A stretch of DNA of 64,000 bases from Octopus vulgaris. Lineage: Eukaryota. Within the stretch, counting starts at the first letter, position 1, and each line of letters begins with the position of its first letter. The notes beneath the pieces are model-generated. The model did no database searches, was not told the DNA's origin, and saw only the letters and a program-made list of their open reading frames with translations. The position numbers and the translations under genes are program-made. The DNA lies in assembly GCA_951406725.2 (NCBI GenBank), contig OX597836.1, positions 34,038,001 through 34,102,000 of the forward strand. The letters run 5' to 3'. Of this stretch, positions 43,224-57,172 are shown piece after piece.

Positions 43224-44130
43224 GGCGTAGGAGTGGCTGTGTGGTAAGTAGCTTGCTTACGAACCACATGGTTTCGGGTTCAGTCCCACTGCGTGGCACC
43301 TTGGGCAAGTGTCTTCTACTATAGCTTCGGGCTGACCAAAGCCTTGTGAGTGGATTTGGCAAACGGAAACTCAAAGAAGCCCGTCGTATATATGTATATA
43401 TATATATATATATATATGTCACCGTGACCGACCAGACCATCAGATGTTGTTACACATCGCTGGTCACAATGCGCTTCGCATTGTTTTTTAGCCTTCAAAT
43501 GACGCCACCCCGCTGGCTAAACGAGCAGGCCAACAGAAGAAAGAATGAGAGAAAGTTGTGGTGAAAGAGCACAGCAGGGATCGCCACACACCCCTGCCGG
43601 AGCCTCGTGGAGCTTTAGTTGTTTTTGCTCAATAAACACTCACAACACCCGGTCTGGGAATCGAAACCGCAATCCTACGACCGCGAGTCCGCTGCCCTAA
43701 CCACTAGGCCATTGCGCCTCCATATAAAATACAAAATGGGACAAGAACGCAAAACATCCGGACAACTAGGTGATACAAAAAGGGACAACAAAACATCGAG
43801 ATAGACGATACAGAAAAACAAGGTCGGGTCATTCGAAGCTTTCTATCCTCAGTCAAGCACCGGATCATCCTCGCAATTTCGGCTGATTGTGTGTGTGTGT
43901 GTGTGTGTGTGTTTGTGTGTCTGTGTTTGTGTGGTGTGTTTACGTCCCCGTAACTTAGCGGTTCAGCAAAAGTGATCGATAGAATAAGTACTTACAAAGA
44001 ATAAGTACTTATTAAGGTTTACAAAGAATAAATCCTGGGGGGTCGATTAGCTCGACTAAAGGCGCTGCTCCAGCATGGCCACAGTCACATGACTGAAACA
44101 AGTAAAAGAGTAAAAAAGAGTACAAGAGTA
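43224..44130 (+). mobile_element. SINE family A split by nested insertions in its internal microsatellite
   Basis: Head 43224-43390 and tail 43890-44130, with SINE B-like (43418-43721, -) and another short element between. Confidence 0.8.
43418..43721 (-). mobile_element. SINE family B head and body with a different 3' tail
   Basis: Reverse complement of ggaggcgcaatggcctagtggttagggcagcggactcgcggtcgtagg. Confidence 0.85.
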
Positions 44131-44536
44131 AACTAAAGAACATTTGGCCCGTCTCAGGCTTCTCCCTACTTTTTCCATCCTACTTAGACAGAATATTCAT
44201 TAATATTTGCCAAAATATGTGGAACTGAAATTTCCTGTTTCGCATTGGTGAATTCCATTTCTTTCAATCTCCTGTACTTCTCCTCCTCCTCCTCCCCTAC
44301 GCCACCTACTGTCTCGCTTTCTCTCCCTCCGCTCTCTCACTGTCTCTCTCTCTCTCTCTCTTTCTTTCTCTCTGGGTTCCATACCATTCAACGTATGTCT
44401 GCTGCTCGTTCTTTCTCACTGCTCCATAAAAGAAATGTGGTATTTGATAGCCTTTAAGTAGTACTTTTAATTACCTTTAAAAGCAATCAGCTTAATTCAT
44501 TTACATACATAACATACGTGCGTTATACACAGACGT

Positions 44537-44900
44537 GTGGAGGCGCAATGGCCCAGTGGTTAGGGCAGCGGACTCGCGGTCGTAGGATCGTGGTTTCGAT
44601 TCCCAGACCGGGCGTTGTGAGTGTTTATTGAGCGAAAACATCTAAAGCTCCACGGGGCTCCGGCAGGGATGGTGGTGATCCCTGCTGTACTCTTTCACCA
44701 CAACTTTCTCTTACTTCCTGTTTCTGTTTTACCTGCATTTCAAAGGGCCGGCCTTGTCACTCTCTGTGTCACTCTGAATACGTTAAGGTTACACGTGTCT
44801 GTGGAGTGCTCAGCCACTTACACGTTAATTTCACGAGCAGGCTGTTCCGTTGGTCGGATCAACCGGAACCCTCATCGTCGTAACCGACGGAGTGCTTCCA
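44537..44900 (+). mobile_element. SINE family B, full length
   Basis: Close match to 8866-9252. Confidence 0.9.
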
Positions 44901-45009
44901 TACACACAGACACACACTCATATACACACACAGAAACAAACACAGACACATACATTATAGACTTTCTCTTTTACACACACACACACATATATGTGTGTAT
45001 GTATGTATT

Positions 45010-45403
45010 TACTCTTTAACTCTTTTACTTGTTTCAGTCATGTGACTGTGGCCATGCTGGAGCACCGCTTTTAGTCGAGCAAATCGACCCCAGGACTAAT
45101 TCTTTGTAAGCCTAGTACTTGTTCTATCGGGTCTATGTTGGGGGGACAAACATAGGCACACAAACATATACACATTCATACATACATACATACATACATA
45201 CATACATACATACATACATACATACGTACATATATATATATACACATACATACAACGGGCTTCTTTCAGTTTCCGTCTACCAAATCCACTCACAAGGCTT
45301 TGGTCGGCCCGAGGCTATTGTAGAAGACACTTGACCAAGATGCCACGCAATGGAACTGAACCCGGAACCATGTGGTGTGTAAGCAAGCTACTTATCACAC
45401 AGC
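45010..45403 (-). mobile_element. SINE family A
   Basis: Family A tail to head on - strand. Confidence 0.9.
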
Positions 45404-45430
45404 TATTCATACACTCATATACATACACAC

Positions 45431-45483
<53 letters not shown>

Positions 45484-45589
45484 GTATATATATTTTTTTC
45501 GGTAATATTTTGTTTATTTTTAGTAGTTTTGACCGCATTGGTCCCTCTTAGCGTGTTGGTATCTACGTATAGTAGTACCCTCAATATAA

Positions 45590-45634
<45 letters not shown>

Positions 45635-45764
45635 CAGTAAAAATTTAGATTCAGTTGAATATGGTACTTAAGTTATAGGCACCAGAATTTGGTATGGTAT
45701 TATCCATATAATTCAAAATGGGGTGATTATAATCAAAATAAGCAACAAGGATTTCCAAAGGTAA

Positions 45765-45853
45765 TGCAGTACGATCGTTTCATGCGACTCCACTTAATTA
45801 AACAATGCCAATTATTACATCAGTTTTAAAATGTAGACCAATCTTCAGCTGCA
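45765..45853 (-). ncRNA. Type I hammerhead motif with long stem II
   Basis: - strand TGCAG-CTGAAGA...GAAAC-GATC-GTA/CTGCA; 5-bp stem I, palindromic stem III. Confidence 0.7.
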
Positions 45854-46219
45854 ATATAAATGTAGAATTTAGTTAAACTGAAAAGATGAAAAATATTCAT
45901 TTTTATACTTATTCCATTTGCCAACATCACAAAGAGGGTAAGTAGGTAGACAGAGAAACACGTTTCATCAACAGAAATATGGTAGTAATTAATATTTTTT
46001 CATGGAGATACTGCCTATCATTGATTTTACTTTGCTATTTAGATTTACTATTGGGAGAGGGGTTTAATACTATTACATCAGGTCTAGTGGAGACAAAAAC
46101 AAGAATCTTTTATAGATAGAGAGAGAGACAGTTAAAGATATATATATCTGTATATATTTTAAAAATATAAATATATGAAAGAATGGAGCTGAACGACGAA
46201 TTAACAAAATTCCTTTATT

Positions 46220-46298
46220 TTCGACATATGTTTCGAAGGCTGCATATTCCTAATTGCGAAGGAATAAGGAGTACATTATGCCGCTTTCTCATCAGGAA
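46220..46298 (-). ncRNA. Type I hammerhead motif (same family as 12879-12953)
   Basis: - strand TTC-CTGATGA-GAAAGC...GCCTTC-GAAACATATGTC/GAA. Confidence 0.75.
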
Positions 46299-46662
46299 GA
46301 GCAAGGAACTTATATATCTGTATATACGTACATGCACAGAATATTCTGTGCGTGTACGTATATACAGATACAATACCAATATTCAACTGAACTTTTTAAT
46401 AATTCCTTCTTGAAACTATCTTTAACATTTTCTTGAGAATGTATATATATGTTGTAATCTTTTGTGCCCAATATTTTAACTTTTTTATGTTCTTAACATG
46501 TTCTTGCTACCAAAGAATGTATATATGTATTGTAGCATTTTGTGACAACCAATAATTAACACAACCAAACTTTTACATGTTACTTTTGACAATCTTTTTC
46601 TAAAAAGTGAAACCGGTAAAGTAAATAAACATCTTTTAAAATTGCATTTTAAAACCTTCTTT

Positions 46663-46778
<116 letters not shown>

Positions 46779-46790
46779 TACATACATACA

Positions 46791-47008
46791 TGTGAGGAGT
46801 GCTGAAAGGTTCCTAGCTTTGGGTAACAGAAAATACAGGAGAATCAGTTAATTATGATTTTACTCAACATGCACCTCTCGGGTTCACACATTTATTGCAG
46901 TGGTCCTTCAGTTTTTCTAAACCCTGTAAAAGAAATCGGAAGTCGGGCCTCCAGCCTGGTGTTTCGCGAAAAACCTTAAAGCGAGTAACTTTTCAGCACC
47001 ACTTCTTA
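46791..47008. mobile_element. Mariner-derived MITE (degenerate)
   Basis: gtgctgaaaggtt...aacttttcagcac TIRs; homologous to 60362-60579. Confidence 0.7.
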
Positions 47009-47164
47009 CATGCATACATACATAATTACATACATACATACACACAGACAGACATGTACCCAATTATATATTATGCGCTCTTATATATGTGTGTGTAAAA
47101 ATATATATATATATATATGGAGAGAGAGAAAGAGAGAGAGAGATAACTAGATAGAGAGATAGAT

Positions 47165-47205
<41 letters not shown>

Positions 47206-47470
47206 TAAACATGTACTTATATTTGTATCTATATATGTGTGGGTGTTTGTTTGCTATTATATCTATCTATCATTCTATCTAACGATCTGTCTGTCTGTCT
47301 GTCTGTCTAGCTATGTGAGTGTGTGTTTGTACACATACATGCATACGCGCACACAAACATGCACACACACACACACACACATATTTGTGTGTATGAATGC
47401 ATGCTGCGTATGTATATATTTGACTTGGCATATAGCCAAGGAAGGCATAAAAACTAAACGTCAAATACTG

Positions 47471-47529
<59 letters not shown>

Positions 47530-47674
47530 ACTACTACTACAATATGAACATCAACATCACCGTCATCATCCTCATCATAAACCACATGTGGTCAAAAACC
47601 CATGCAACGCTTCAACATTAATATTTCAAGCAGCAGCTATATATAAGTAGTAAAAGCAATAAAGATGAAAAGCG

Positions 47675-47720
<46 letters not shown>

Positions 47721-47745
47721 GAAATACTTATATATATGAAACACT

Positions 47746-47779
<34 letters not shown>

Positions 47780-47793
47780 ATATATATGAAACA

Positions 47794-47834
<41 letters not shown>

Positions 47835-47943
47835 CCAGATTTCTTGCCAATAGAGAAAGAGCCGGTTTCTAACCTAGTTCCAAGGCTCCTTCATTGGAAT
47901 TTTAACATCAACCACAAGGTATTTTTATTTGTATGACTGTATG

Positions 47944-48003
<60 letters not shown>

Positions 48004-48059
48004 GATTTGTATGTATTCTCATGCACATAGTTGCATGTCTAGACATGCTCATATATATC

Positions 48060-48215
48060 TAAATGATAAACTTCTGGGAAGTTTTACAGACTTTTACAGT
48101 TCCGGTGATGGGCTGGATCTGTAGTCTTCGAATTACCTTTCTTCTTTCTGGTTTTGAGAAGCCTAATTTCTCACGAATGGTATTTAGTGTGTTACATATC
48201 CCAAGGCCCATGTAA
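48060..48215 (-). mobile_element. Probable non-LTR retrotransposon 3' end
   Basis: EKLGFSKPERRKVIRRLQIQPITGTVKVCKT resembles C-termini of restriction-like-endonuclease LINEs; runs into a microsatellite. Confidence 0.5.
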
Positions 48216-48317
48216 TATATATGTATGTGTGTGTGTATGTATGTATGTATGTATGTATGTATGTATGTATGTATGTATGTATGTATGTATGTATGTATGT
48301 ATGTATGTATGTATGTA

Positions 48318-48352
<35 letters not shown>

Positions 48353-48415
48353 GTGTGTGTATGTATGTATGTATGTATGTATGTATGTGTGTATGTATGT
48401 ATGTATGTATTTATG

Positions 48416-48476
<61 letters not shown>

Positions 48477-48718
48477 ACGTATGTATGTATGTATGTATGT
48501 GTTTGTGTGTATGTATGTATGTATGTATGTATGTATGTATGTGTGTGTGTATGTATGTATGTATGTATGTATGTATGTTTGTGCACACAATCATTTACAT
48601 ATGAACGTTCATATGTTGTGTACTTTATTACTGTGGTGTTCTAGTCCTTTCGTACATAATTATTCATCTGTCTGTCTGTCTGTCTGTCTATCTGTCTGTC
48701 TGCCTGTCTGCCTGTCTG

Positions 48719-48803
<85 letters not shown>

Positions 48804-49417
48804 GTGATTTTCATCATTCTTGTGGCTATGGCGAAAGAATGTATCTGGTGGACGCGTCTGAAAGGATTGGAGACAAACACTTTCCTCTCTGGTCAATCTC
48901 TCATCAACTTCTTCAAGTACCACTTGAAAAGGAAAGTGAGAGTAGAGAGGCAAGTTTTGTCTAGCGAATGTTTAAAAAAAGATGGGTGAATGTAGCAAGA
49001 ATGGCACGTATGAATGACGAAGCCACCTTGAGCATGATCCTATGAACCCAGAAATTGAAAACAGAGAGTTGCTTATTTGCAAAAAAAAAAAAAAGAAATA
49101 TAACATGTGACTCCATTGACCGAGGTTACCGTGGTCTTTTCCGTAGGCTTTTCTTTCCACGGGTAAACCTCACCTGTCCTCCCCTTTACACTTCATATTG
49201 ACATTTCTGTGATAACGATCCCTATTGATCAATTTTTTTTTCCTCTCCCCCTTTTTTTTTTTAACCCCCTTTTTTTGTCCTCTTTCTCTCCTTTTACGAT
49301 CCCTTTTGATCGAAACTCCCCTTCCTTTTTTTTTTTTTTTTAAACCTTCAAAAGAAAAGCTCTACCTTGTAATTTGTTCTATCTGTGTGCAGCCCTGTGT
49401 GGCTAATAAAGAAACAT
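48804..49417 (+). mobile_element. Tx1/L1-like LINE 3' end inserted in (TCTA)n
   Basis: AMAKECIWWTR...RKVRVERQVLSSEC C-terminus, T/C-rich 3' UTR, AATAAA, then TCTA; TCTA also upstream. Confidence 0.7.
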
Positions 49418-49542
49418 ATCTATGTATCTATCTGTCTATCTATCTATCTGTCTGTCTGTCTGTCTATCTCTCTATCTATCCATCTATATATCTATCTATC
49501 TATTTATTTATCTATCTATCTATCCATCTATCTATCTAGTTT

Positions 49543-49625
<83 letters not shown>

Positions 49626-50338
49626 CTCTATCTATTCATCTATATATCTATCTATCTTTCTTTCTTTATACATATATGCATATATATGCATGTATATGCA
49701 TATGTATGTATGTATGTATGTATGTATGATTGTATTTATGTATGTATGTATGTATGTATGTATGTATGTATGTATGTATGTACGTACGTATGCATGTCGA
49801 CATACATACATATATGCATATATATGCATGTATGTATGTATGTATGCATGCATGTATGATTGTATTTATGTATGTATGTATATATGTATGTATTTATGTA
49901 TGTTCGTATGTATGTACGTACGTATGCATGTACGCATATATAACATGCATATGTATATAAAGAGAGAAGAAGAGGGAGTATAGTATATCAGACATCAATC
50001 ATGCTGTGTATCGCTGATTACTCTTTGAGTGGTATGGCTTTCCATTTCCAGGTCTTATGACATCTCTTCAACATCTTAGAATAAATGATTGTGGGTGATG
50101 GTAAGAGTAACAGAAAGCACGGAGGTACTGGTGGGGCTAGTCATAAAACTCATTGTGATAGCATTAGTGCATAACTTAAGTGATTGTGGGGGTTATACTA
50201 TTATTATTATTGTTGTTGTTGGTGGTGGTGGTATTGTTTATGCGTTTGTGTAGGTTAGGTTGTAGTATGATATAGAGAGGTTGTGATGGTGGAGGTGTTG
50301 GGAATGGTGCTTATTTTGGCGGTGGTACCCGTGGTTAT

Positions 50339-50940
50339 TAAGGCGGCGAGCTGGCAGAAACGTTAGCACGCCGGGCGAAATGCTTAGCGGTATTTCGTCT
50401 GCCGCTACGTTCTGAGTTCAAATTCCGCCGAGGTCGACTTTGCCTTTCATCCTTTCGGGATCGATTAAATAAGTAACAGTTACGCTCTGGGGTCGATATA
50501 ATCGACTTAGTCCGTTTATCTGTCCTTGTTTGTCTCGTCTGTGTTTCGCCCCTTGTGGGTAGTAAAGAAATAGGTATTTCGTCTGCCGCTACGTTCTGAG
50601 TTCAAATTCCGCCGAGGTCGACTTTGCCTTTCATCCTTTCGGGTTCGATGAATTAAGTACCAGTTACGCACTGGGGTTGATATAATCGACTTAATCTCTT
50701 TGTCAGTCCTTGTTTGTCCTCTCTGTGTTTAGCCTCTTGTGGGTAGCAAAGAAATAGGTATTTCGTCTGCCGCTACGTTCTGAGTTCAAATTCCGCCGAG
50801 GTCAACTTTGCCTTTCATCCTTTCGGGGTCGATTAAATAAATACCAGTTACGCACTGGGGTCGATATAATTGACTTAATCCGTTTGTCTGTCCTTGTTTG
50901 TCCTCTCTGTGTGTTGCCCCTTGTGGGTAGTAAAGAAATA
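50339..50940 (+). mobile_element. SINE family C trimer (one head plus 3 x 184-bp body) with a 15-bp TSD
   Basis: ggtatttcgtctgccgctacg at 50389, 50573 and 50757; GGTACCCGTGGTTAT at 50324-50338 and 50941-50955. Confidence 0.92.
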
Positions 50941-51811
50941 GGTACCCGTGGTTATGGAGATGATAGTTCGTATGTGGTATGGCGTTGGTGTAGCTGTGTT
51001 CGTAGTGAGTTATAGGGGCGTTGGTGGTTGCGGTGGAGAAGATGAGGATTACAGTGGGTCAAGTGTTGATGTTGATTGGAAATTGTACCCTAAGGTACAT
51101 ACATGCATACATACATGCATACGCGCGGGCGCACATAATAATACATACATAGATATGCACATACATACATACACACGCACACACACTCACATATATATAT
51201 ATACCTAACTCGCACGTACATACGCTCTTATCCATACACATCCACCTTTATGTGTATGTTTGTATTATATATTATGTATTATATATATATATGCACAAAA
51301 TATAAATAATATATAGAATATATATATATATATATGTGTGCGTATATATAGACAGAGATATATGTATATTGATGTAGATAGATAAATAGATATACACACA
51401 TATACACGTGTGTGTGTATACAGTATATATAATATATGTATTATATGTATGTATGTATATGTATATATATATATATATATGTATGTATATACATATGTAT
51501 ATAGATATATATATATATACATGATAATAATTATAATATGAGGGAATATTATTCCAAACTTACAAGGAAAAATTCAGTTTAGAAATACTAAATCAAATTT
51601 CACAAAATATAATATATATATAAAAAGAATTATTTTCTAGAGATAAGATGACGGTCGCGGAAACGTGTTCCGGGCTCAATAACCGTCGTTAGCACAAAGT
51701 TGTCTTACTTTATCTCCTGTACCCAAGGGACTAAGACATATATATATAAAAAGGAGTAGAATATATTTATGGCCTAAGTAATTCAAACATGTATTCATAT
51801 ATATTTCTGTA

Positions 51812-51843
<32 letters not shown>

Positions 51844-52350
51844 TGTGTGTGTGTGTATACATATTAAATGAATCGTGTGTTAATTTTGATCGTGATTGTT
51901 CCATGTATTCAATCTCTTGGAATACCCATACATTCTTAGGTTTACACTGTTCTACAGAATACTCAGCTTCTAAGTGACTGAATACACTTCAGAGGAAGTG
52001 TTCAGTAAATGTAATTCTCGGGTAGCACCAGCGTAATCCTGTGAATTTTAGGTACAGCCCATCCAACGGGGTGGTTCCCTAAATCTTCCGCTTTCTCAAT
52101 TTCACTCATATTACTATAATTCAAAGAAAAATGAGCCAAGAGAAATAACTCAAAATAGCCTTTGGCATGTATACGAATAACATAGACAAATATAGGTGTA
52201 TCAAATACCATAGAACATAAATTCTTAATTTATTAGTTATCTCCACCTCTACAGAATGTGTCATAGTTACCAAGTAGCAATTAAGATTAGCTTCATATGG
52301 GAAGGTGTGACGACCTCAAGAATCAAGAATTCTCCGGAGTCTGCATGCCA

Positions 52351-54295
52351 TTAACGTCTTAACATATATTTTCGTAAAGAGACGTTTAGTAAATATATAT
52401 TTGAATGAAAATATACGTTCAGTGTACTCCGAGGCATCTGTCACATATTTCCAGCCAGAACTACTTTGTTCATGATGTTATCCTCGTTTTCTATCATAAA
52501 CTATCATTTCTACCAGTAAATTCATACTTCAGTTAAGCACTTTGGCGAAACGAAGGCATGATTAACCTCTTAACATATTATCCCGTATATTTTCGTTCAG
52601 GGACGATTAGTAAATATATATTTGAATGAAAATATACGTTCAAGTGTACTCTGAGGCATCTGTCACATATTTCCAGCCAGAAATACTTTGTTCATGATGT
52701 TAGCCCCGTTTTCTATCATAAACTATCATTTCTACCAGTAAATTCATACTTCAGTTAAGCACTTTGGCGAAACGAAGGCATGATTAACCTCTTAACATAT
52801 TATCCCGTATATTTTCGTTCAGGGACGATTAGTAAATATATATTTGAATGAAAATATACGTTCAAGTGTACTCTGAGGCATCTGTCACATATTTCCAGCC
52901 AGAAATACTTTGTTCATGATGTTAGCCCCGTTTTCTATCATAAACTATCATTTCTACCAGTAAATTCATACTTCAGTTAAGCACTTTGGCGAAACGAAGG
53001 CATGATTAACCTCTTAACATATTATCCCCGATATTTTCGTTCAGGGACGATTAGTAAATATATATTTGAATGAAAATATACGTTCAAGTGTACTCCGAGG
53101 CATCTGTCACATATTTCCAGCCAGAAATACTTTGTTCATGATGTTAGCCCCGTTTTCTATCATAAACTATCATTTCTACCAGTAAATTCATACTTCAGTT
53201 AAGCACTTTGGCGAAACGAAGGCATGATTAACCTCTTAACATATTATCCCGTATATTTTCGTTCAGAAACGATTAGTAAATATATATTTGAATGAAAATA
53301 TACGTTCAGTGTACTCTGAGGCATCTGTCACATATTTCCAGCCAGAAATACTTTGTTCATGATGTTAGCCCCGTTTTCTATCATAAACTATCATTTCTAC
53401 TAGTAAATTCATACTTCAGTTAAGCACTTTGGCGAAACGAACGCACGATTAACCTCTTAACATATTATCCCGTATATTTTCGTTCAGGGACGATTAGTAA
53501 ATATATATTTGAATGAAAATATACGTTCAGTGTACTCTGAGGCATCTGTCACATATTTCCAGCCAGAAATACTTTGTTCATGATGTTAGCCCCGTTTTCT
53601 ATCATAAACTATCATTTCTACTAGTAAATTCATACTTCAGTTAAGCACTTTGGCGAAACGAACGCACGATTAACCTCTTAACATATTATCCCGTATATTT
53701 TCGTTCAGGGACGATTAGTAAATATATATTTGAATGAAAATATACGTTCAGTGTACTCTGAGGCATCTGTCACATATTTCCAGCCAGAAATACTTTGTTC
53801 ATGATGTTAGCCCCGTTTTCTATCATAAACTATCATTTCTACTAGTAAATTCATACTTCAGTTAAGCACTTTGGCGAAACGAACGCACGATTAACCTCTT
53901 AGCATATTATCCCGTATATTTTCGTTCAGGGACGATTAGTAAATATATATTTGAATGAAAATATACGTTCAAGTGTACTCTGAGGTATCTGTCACATATT
54001 TCCAGCCAGAAATACTTTGTTCATGATGTTAGCCCCGTTTTCTATCATAAACTATCATTTCTACCAGTAACTTCGTACTTCAGTTAAGCACTTTGGCGAA
54101 ACGAAGGCATGATTAACCTCTTAACATATTATCCCCGATATTTTCGTTCAGAAACGATTAGTAAATATATATTTGAATGAAAATATATGTTTATTGTACT
54201 CTTAGGTATTTGTCACTTATTTCTAACCCAAATCACTATGTTTTTGATGTTATTCCTGTTTTCTATCAGCAACCATCGTTTCTATCAGTAACTCC
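52351..54295. repeat. 221-222-bp satellite, eight units plus a diverged ninth
   Basis: ttaacctctta at 52562, 52784, 53006, 53228, 53449, 53670, 53891 and 54113; degenerate first unit at 52351. Confidence 0.95.
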
Positions 54296-54703
54296 ATAAT
54301 GAATCATAAACAATTTGTGTACTTCTTCCTTACATTGTTCCTTCTCGAGCCACGCCTGGCTCATAAGGGCCGGTTTCTCGGTTTCTTTGACGCCGGTCCG
54401 TCGCAGGTGGGCTGCAAGATGCAGGAAGAAAGAGTGAGAGAAAGTTGTGGCGAAAGAGTCAGCAGAAGTTCGCCATTACCTTCTGCCGGAGCCGCGTGGA
54501 GCTTAGGGGTTTCGCTTATTAACACACACATTGCCGGTCTGAGATTCAAACCTACGATCCCTCGACCGCGAGTCCGCTGCTCTAACCACTAGGCCATGTG
54601 TCTCCACTCTTCCTTATATATATAGATTCAAAATAAATAATTAAAAAATTGATTTTTTTTGCCTGGAAATCGAAAAAAGAAAACCTGTATCATAAGAGGT
54701 TAA
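54113..54703. mobile_element. Putative non-autonomous piggyBac-like element
   Basis: TTAA-CCTCTTA...TAAGAGG-TTAA termini; SINE B inserted inside. Confidence 0.5.
54343..54606 (-). mobile_element. SINE family B-related copy
   Basis: cgaccgcgagtccgctgctctaaccactaggcca is the reverse complement of the head. Confidence 0.8.
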
Positions 54704-55308
54704 GTGTAAGGGATAGGCCTTCGCCACGGTTTTCGTTTGAGAAATATCTCTCAAAATGCTTTCATCGAGTTCTTCAAGCAGTAAAAAGACACTTGCAGAA
54801 GGTAGAGCGTTAAACCACGGGCTTACATGTTTTGTAAAGTGACACATAACCTATATATACATACATACACAAAATGCATAAAATTCCTATATTTACTACT
54901 ATATACCCTACTTTCGAATTCTGTATAAACAGACCTGTCACGTGACTTGACTGCAAGCCCCAGCACAAAACACCAAACAAAAACAAAAACAAACAAAAAA
55001 AAAAAAAAAACAAAAAAAAAAAAAAACCCGAAAGTCAAAAATAACCCAAACAAAACAATAAAAGAAGCTATACCTGACGCCATAACGTCACGAGTTTTGT
55101 AAATTGAAACCCAACGTAAGTCGAAATTGTGTGTTTATTTTACTATCAACGTCCGGAGCCTCTTTAGTCACTTTACCTACACATACAAACACACACGCAC
55201 ACACACACACACACACACGTTTATATATGCATAATATATATACATATACATTATATATATATACACACACATATATATATATGCATATACATTATATACA
55301 TATACACG

Positions 55309-55344
<36 letters not shown>

Positions 55345-55407
55345 CACAATTGTATATACACATATGTATATACACACATGAATATAGACATATACATATA
55401 TGTATAG

Positions 55408-55454
<47 letters not shown>

Positions 55455-55470
55455 CACACACATACAACAA

Positions 55471-55508
<38 letters not shown>

Positions 55509-55634
55509 GGATATACATGAATATATATGGATATATACATTACATGTATATGTGTGTGTGTATGTATGAATACATGTGTACATATATATATATATATATA
55601 TAATAAATGTATGTATATATAGTCATATACGTAT

Positions 55635-55678
<44 letters not shown>

Positions 55679-55727
55679 TATATATGTATCTATGTATCTA
55701 TGTATCCACACACGCACATACACACAC

Positions 55728-55772
<45 letters not shown>

Positions 55773-56250
55773 CACAATCACATATATGTATAACGAGAAT
55801 ATTCCTGTCACCTTTTTGACTTGTCTTATCCACCCTACCACTGTTCCTTCTCTGAGAGTAACAAACTTAGCAAAAACTCTGCTTTTTATTGTTTATTTTC
55901 TCGTCAAATGTTAGCACAACAGACGTTAACTGCCATTTGGAAAAGAGCTGAGAGAATGTCTGTAAAATAAGTGTAAACAAGGCATTTCATCACCGCCTCC
56001 CCGTCATTCCACATAATTTCTTCCTCTGCGCACCCTCCACCTTCCACTCCCCTTTCGTCGTTTTTTCCTCCCCCTCTTAGCCCCCACTTCGCCCTACTTC
56101 TCTCCCTCTTTCTCTCCTCTCCTCTCCGCATCGTCCTTTCCTCCTCCTTCTCACTTCTCGCTTCTTCTTCTTCTTCTTCTTCTTCTTCTTCTTCTTCTTC
56201 TTCTTCTTCTTCTTCTTCTTCTTCTTCTTCTTCTTCTTCTTCTACGTATG

Positions 56251-56283
<33 letters not shown>

Positions 56284-56331
56284 GTGCACGTGTGTGTGTG
56301 TATATAGATATATATACATATATATATATAC

Positions 56332-56382
<51 letters not shown>

Positions 56383-56509
56383 CAAACATATACATGTAAA
56401 CGCGCGTAGTTTATGTGTGTATGTTTCTATATATCTATATTTATACACGCACGCGCGCGCACACACATATACTTAATACATACATAACTAGATCCATCCA
56501 TCCATCCAT

Positions 56510-56573
<64 letters not shown>

Positions 56574-57058
56574 GTATTCCATCTGACCCGTGCAAGCATG
56601 TAAAAATAGACATTAAATGGCGATGATGATTATGGCCTAGTGTTTAGGGTGTTGCAGCTATGATCACGAGATCGTGCTTTCATTTCCTACAACTGTTGGT
56701 GTGTTGTGCTCTTGATGTGAACACTTTATCTCGGGTTGCTTTGCAATCATTTCAACACCTTACGCGTGGTGCGCCGTTCATCTGTCCAGGCAACGTCGAT
56801 TTGAGAGAGAGAGGATGAGCTTGTATACAGTACATGCATTTGATCACTACTAACAAATCATTTGAGTAGATCGTTCTGCAAAACGCTGAATGCTCATACG
56901 TAGTCTTCGATGGGAGAGTCCCGAACCCACAAGTGTGAACAAGAGAGACAGAGAAAGGCAGAAACAAGGAAAATGCCACTTATATTTGAACACTATACAA
57001 ATATTCCTTTAAAAAAACATTTCTTTTTCTTTTTCTAAATTGAATTATTTAATCGTTA

Positions 57059-57096
57059 CAGTTGAAAAGGTCTCAAAATGACTGAAACCGGTACTG
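57059..57096 (+). ncRNA. Degenerate hammerhead motif
   Basis: CAG-TTGAAAA-GGTC...GACT-GAAACCGGTA/CTG; two core substitutions. Confidence 0.45.
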
Positions 57097-57172
57097 AAAT
57101 GTTCTTTATAAAATTATTTTAGCAATTTCTATTTTGACTTATTTTTTCATATATATATATATATGTATATAT

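Noticed and set aside
51650-51697. Possible - strand hammerhead
   Set aside because: Several core mismatches (CTAACGA, GGAAC); cannot be separated from chance by eye
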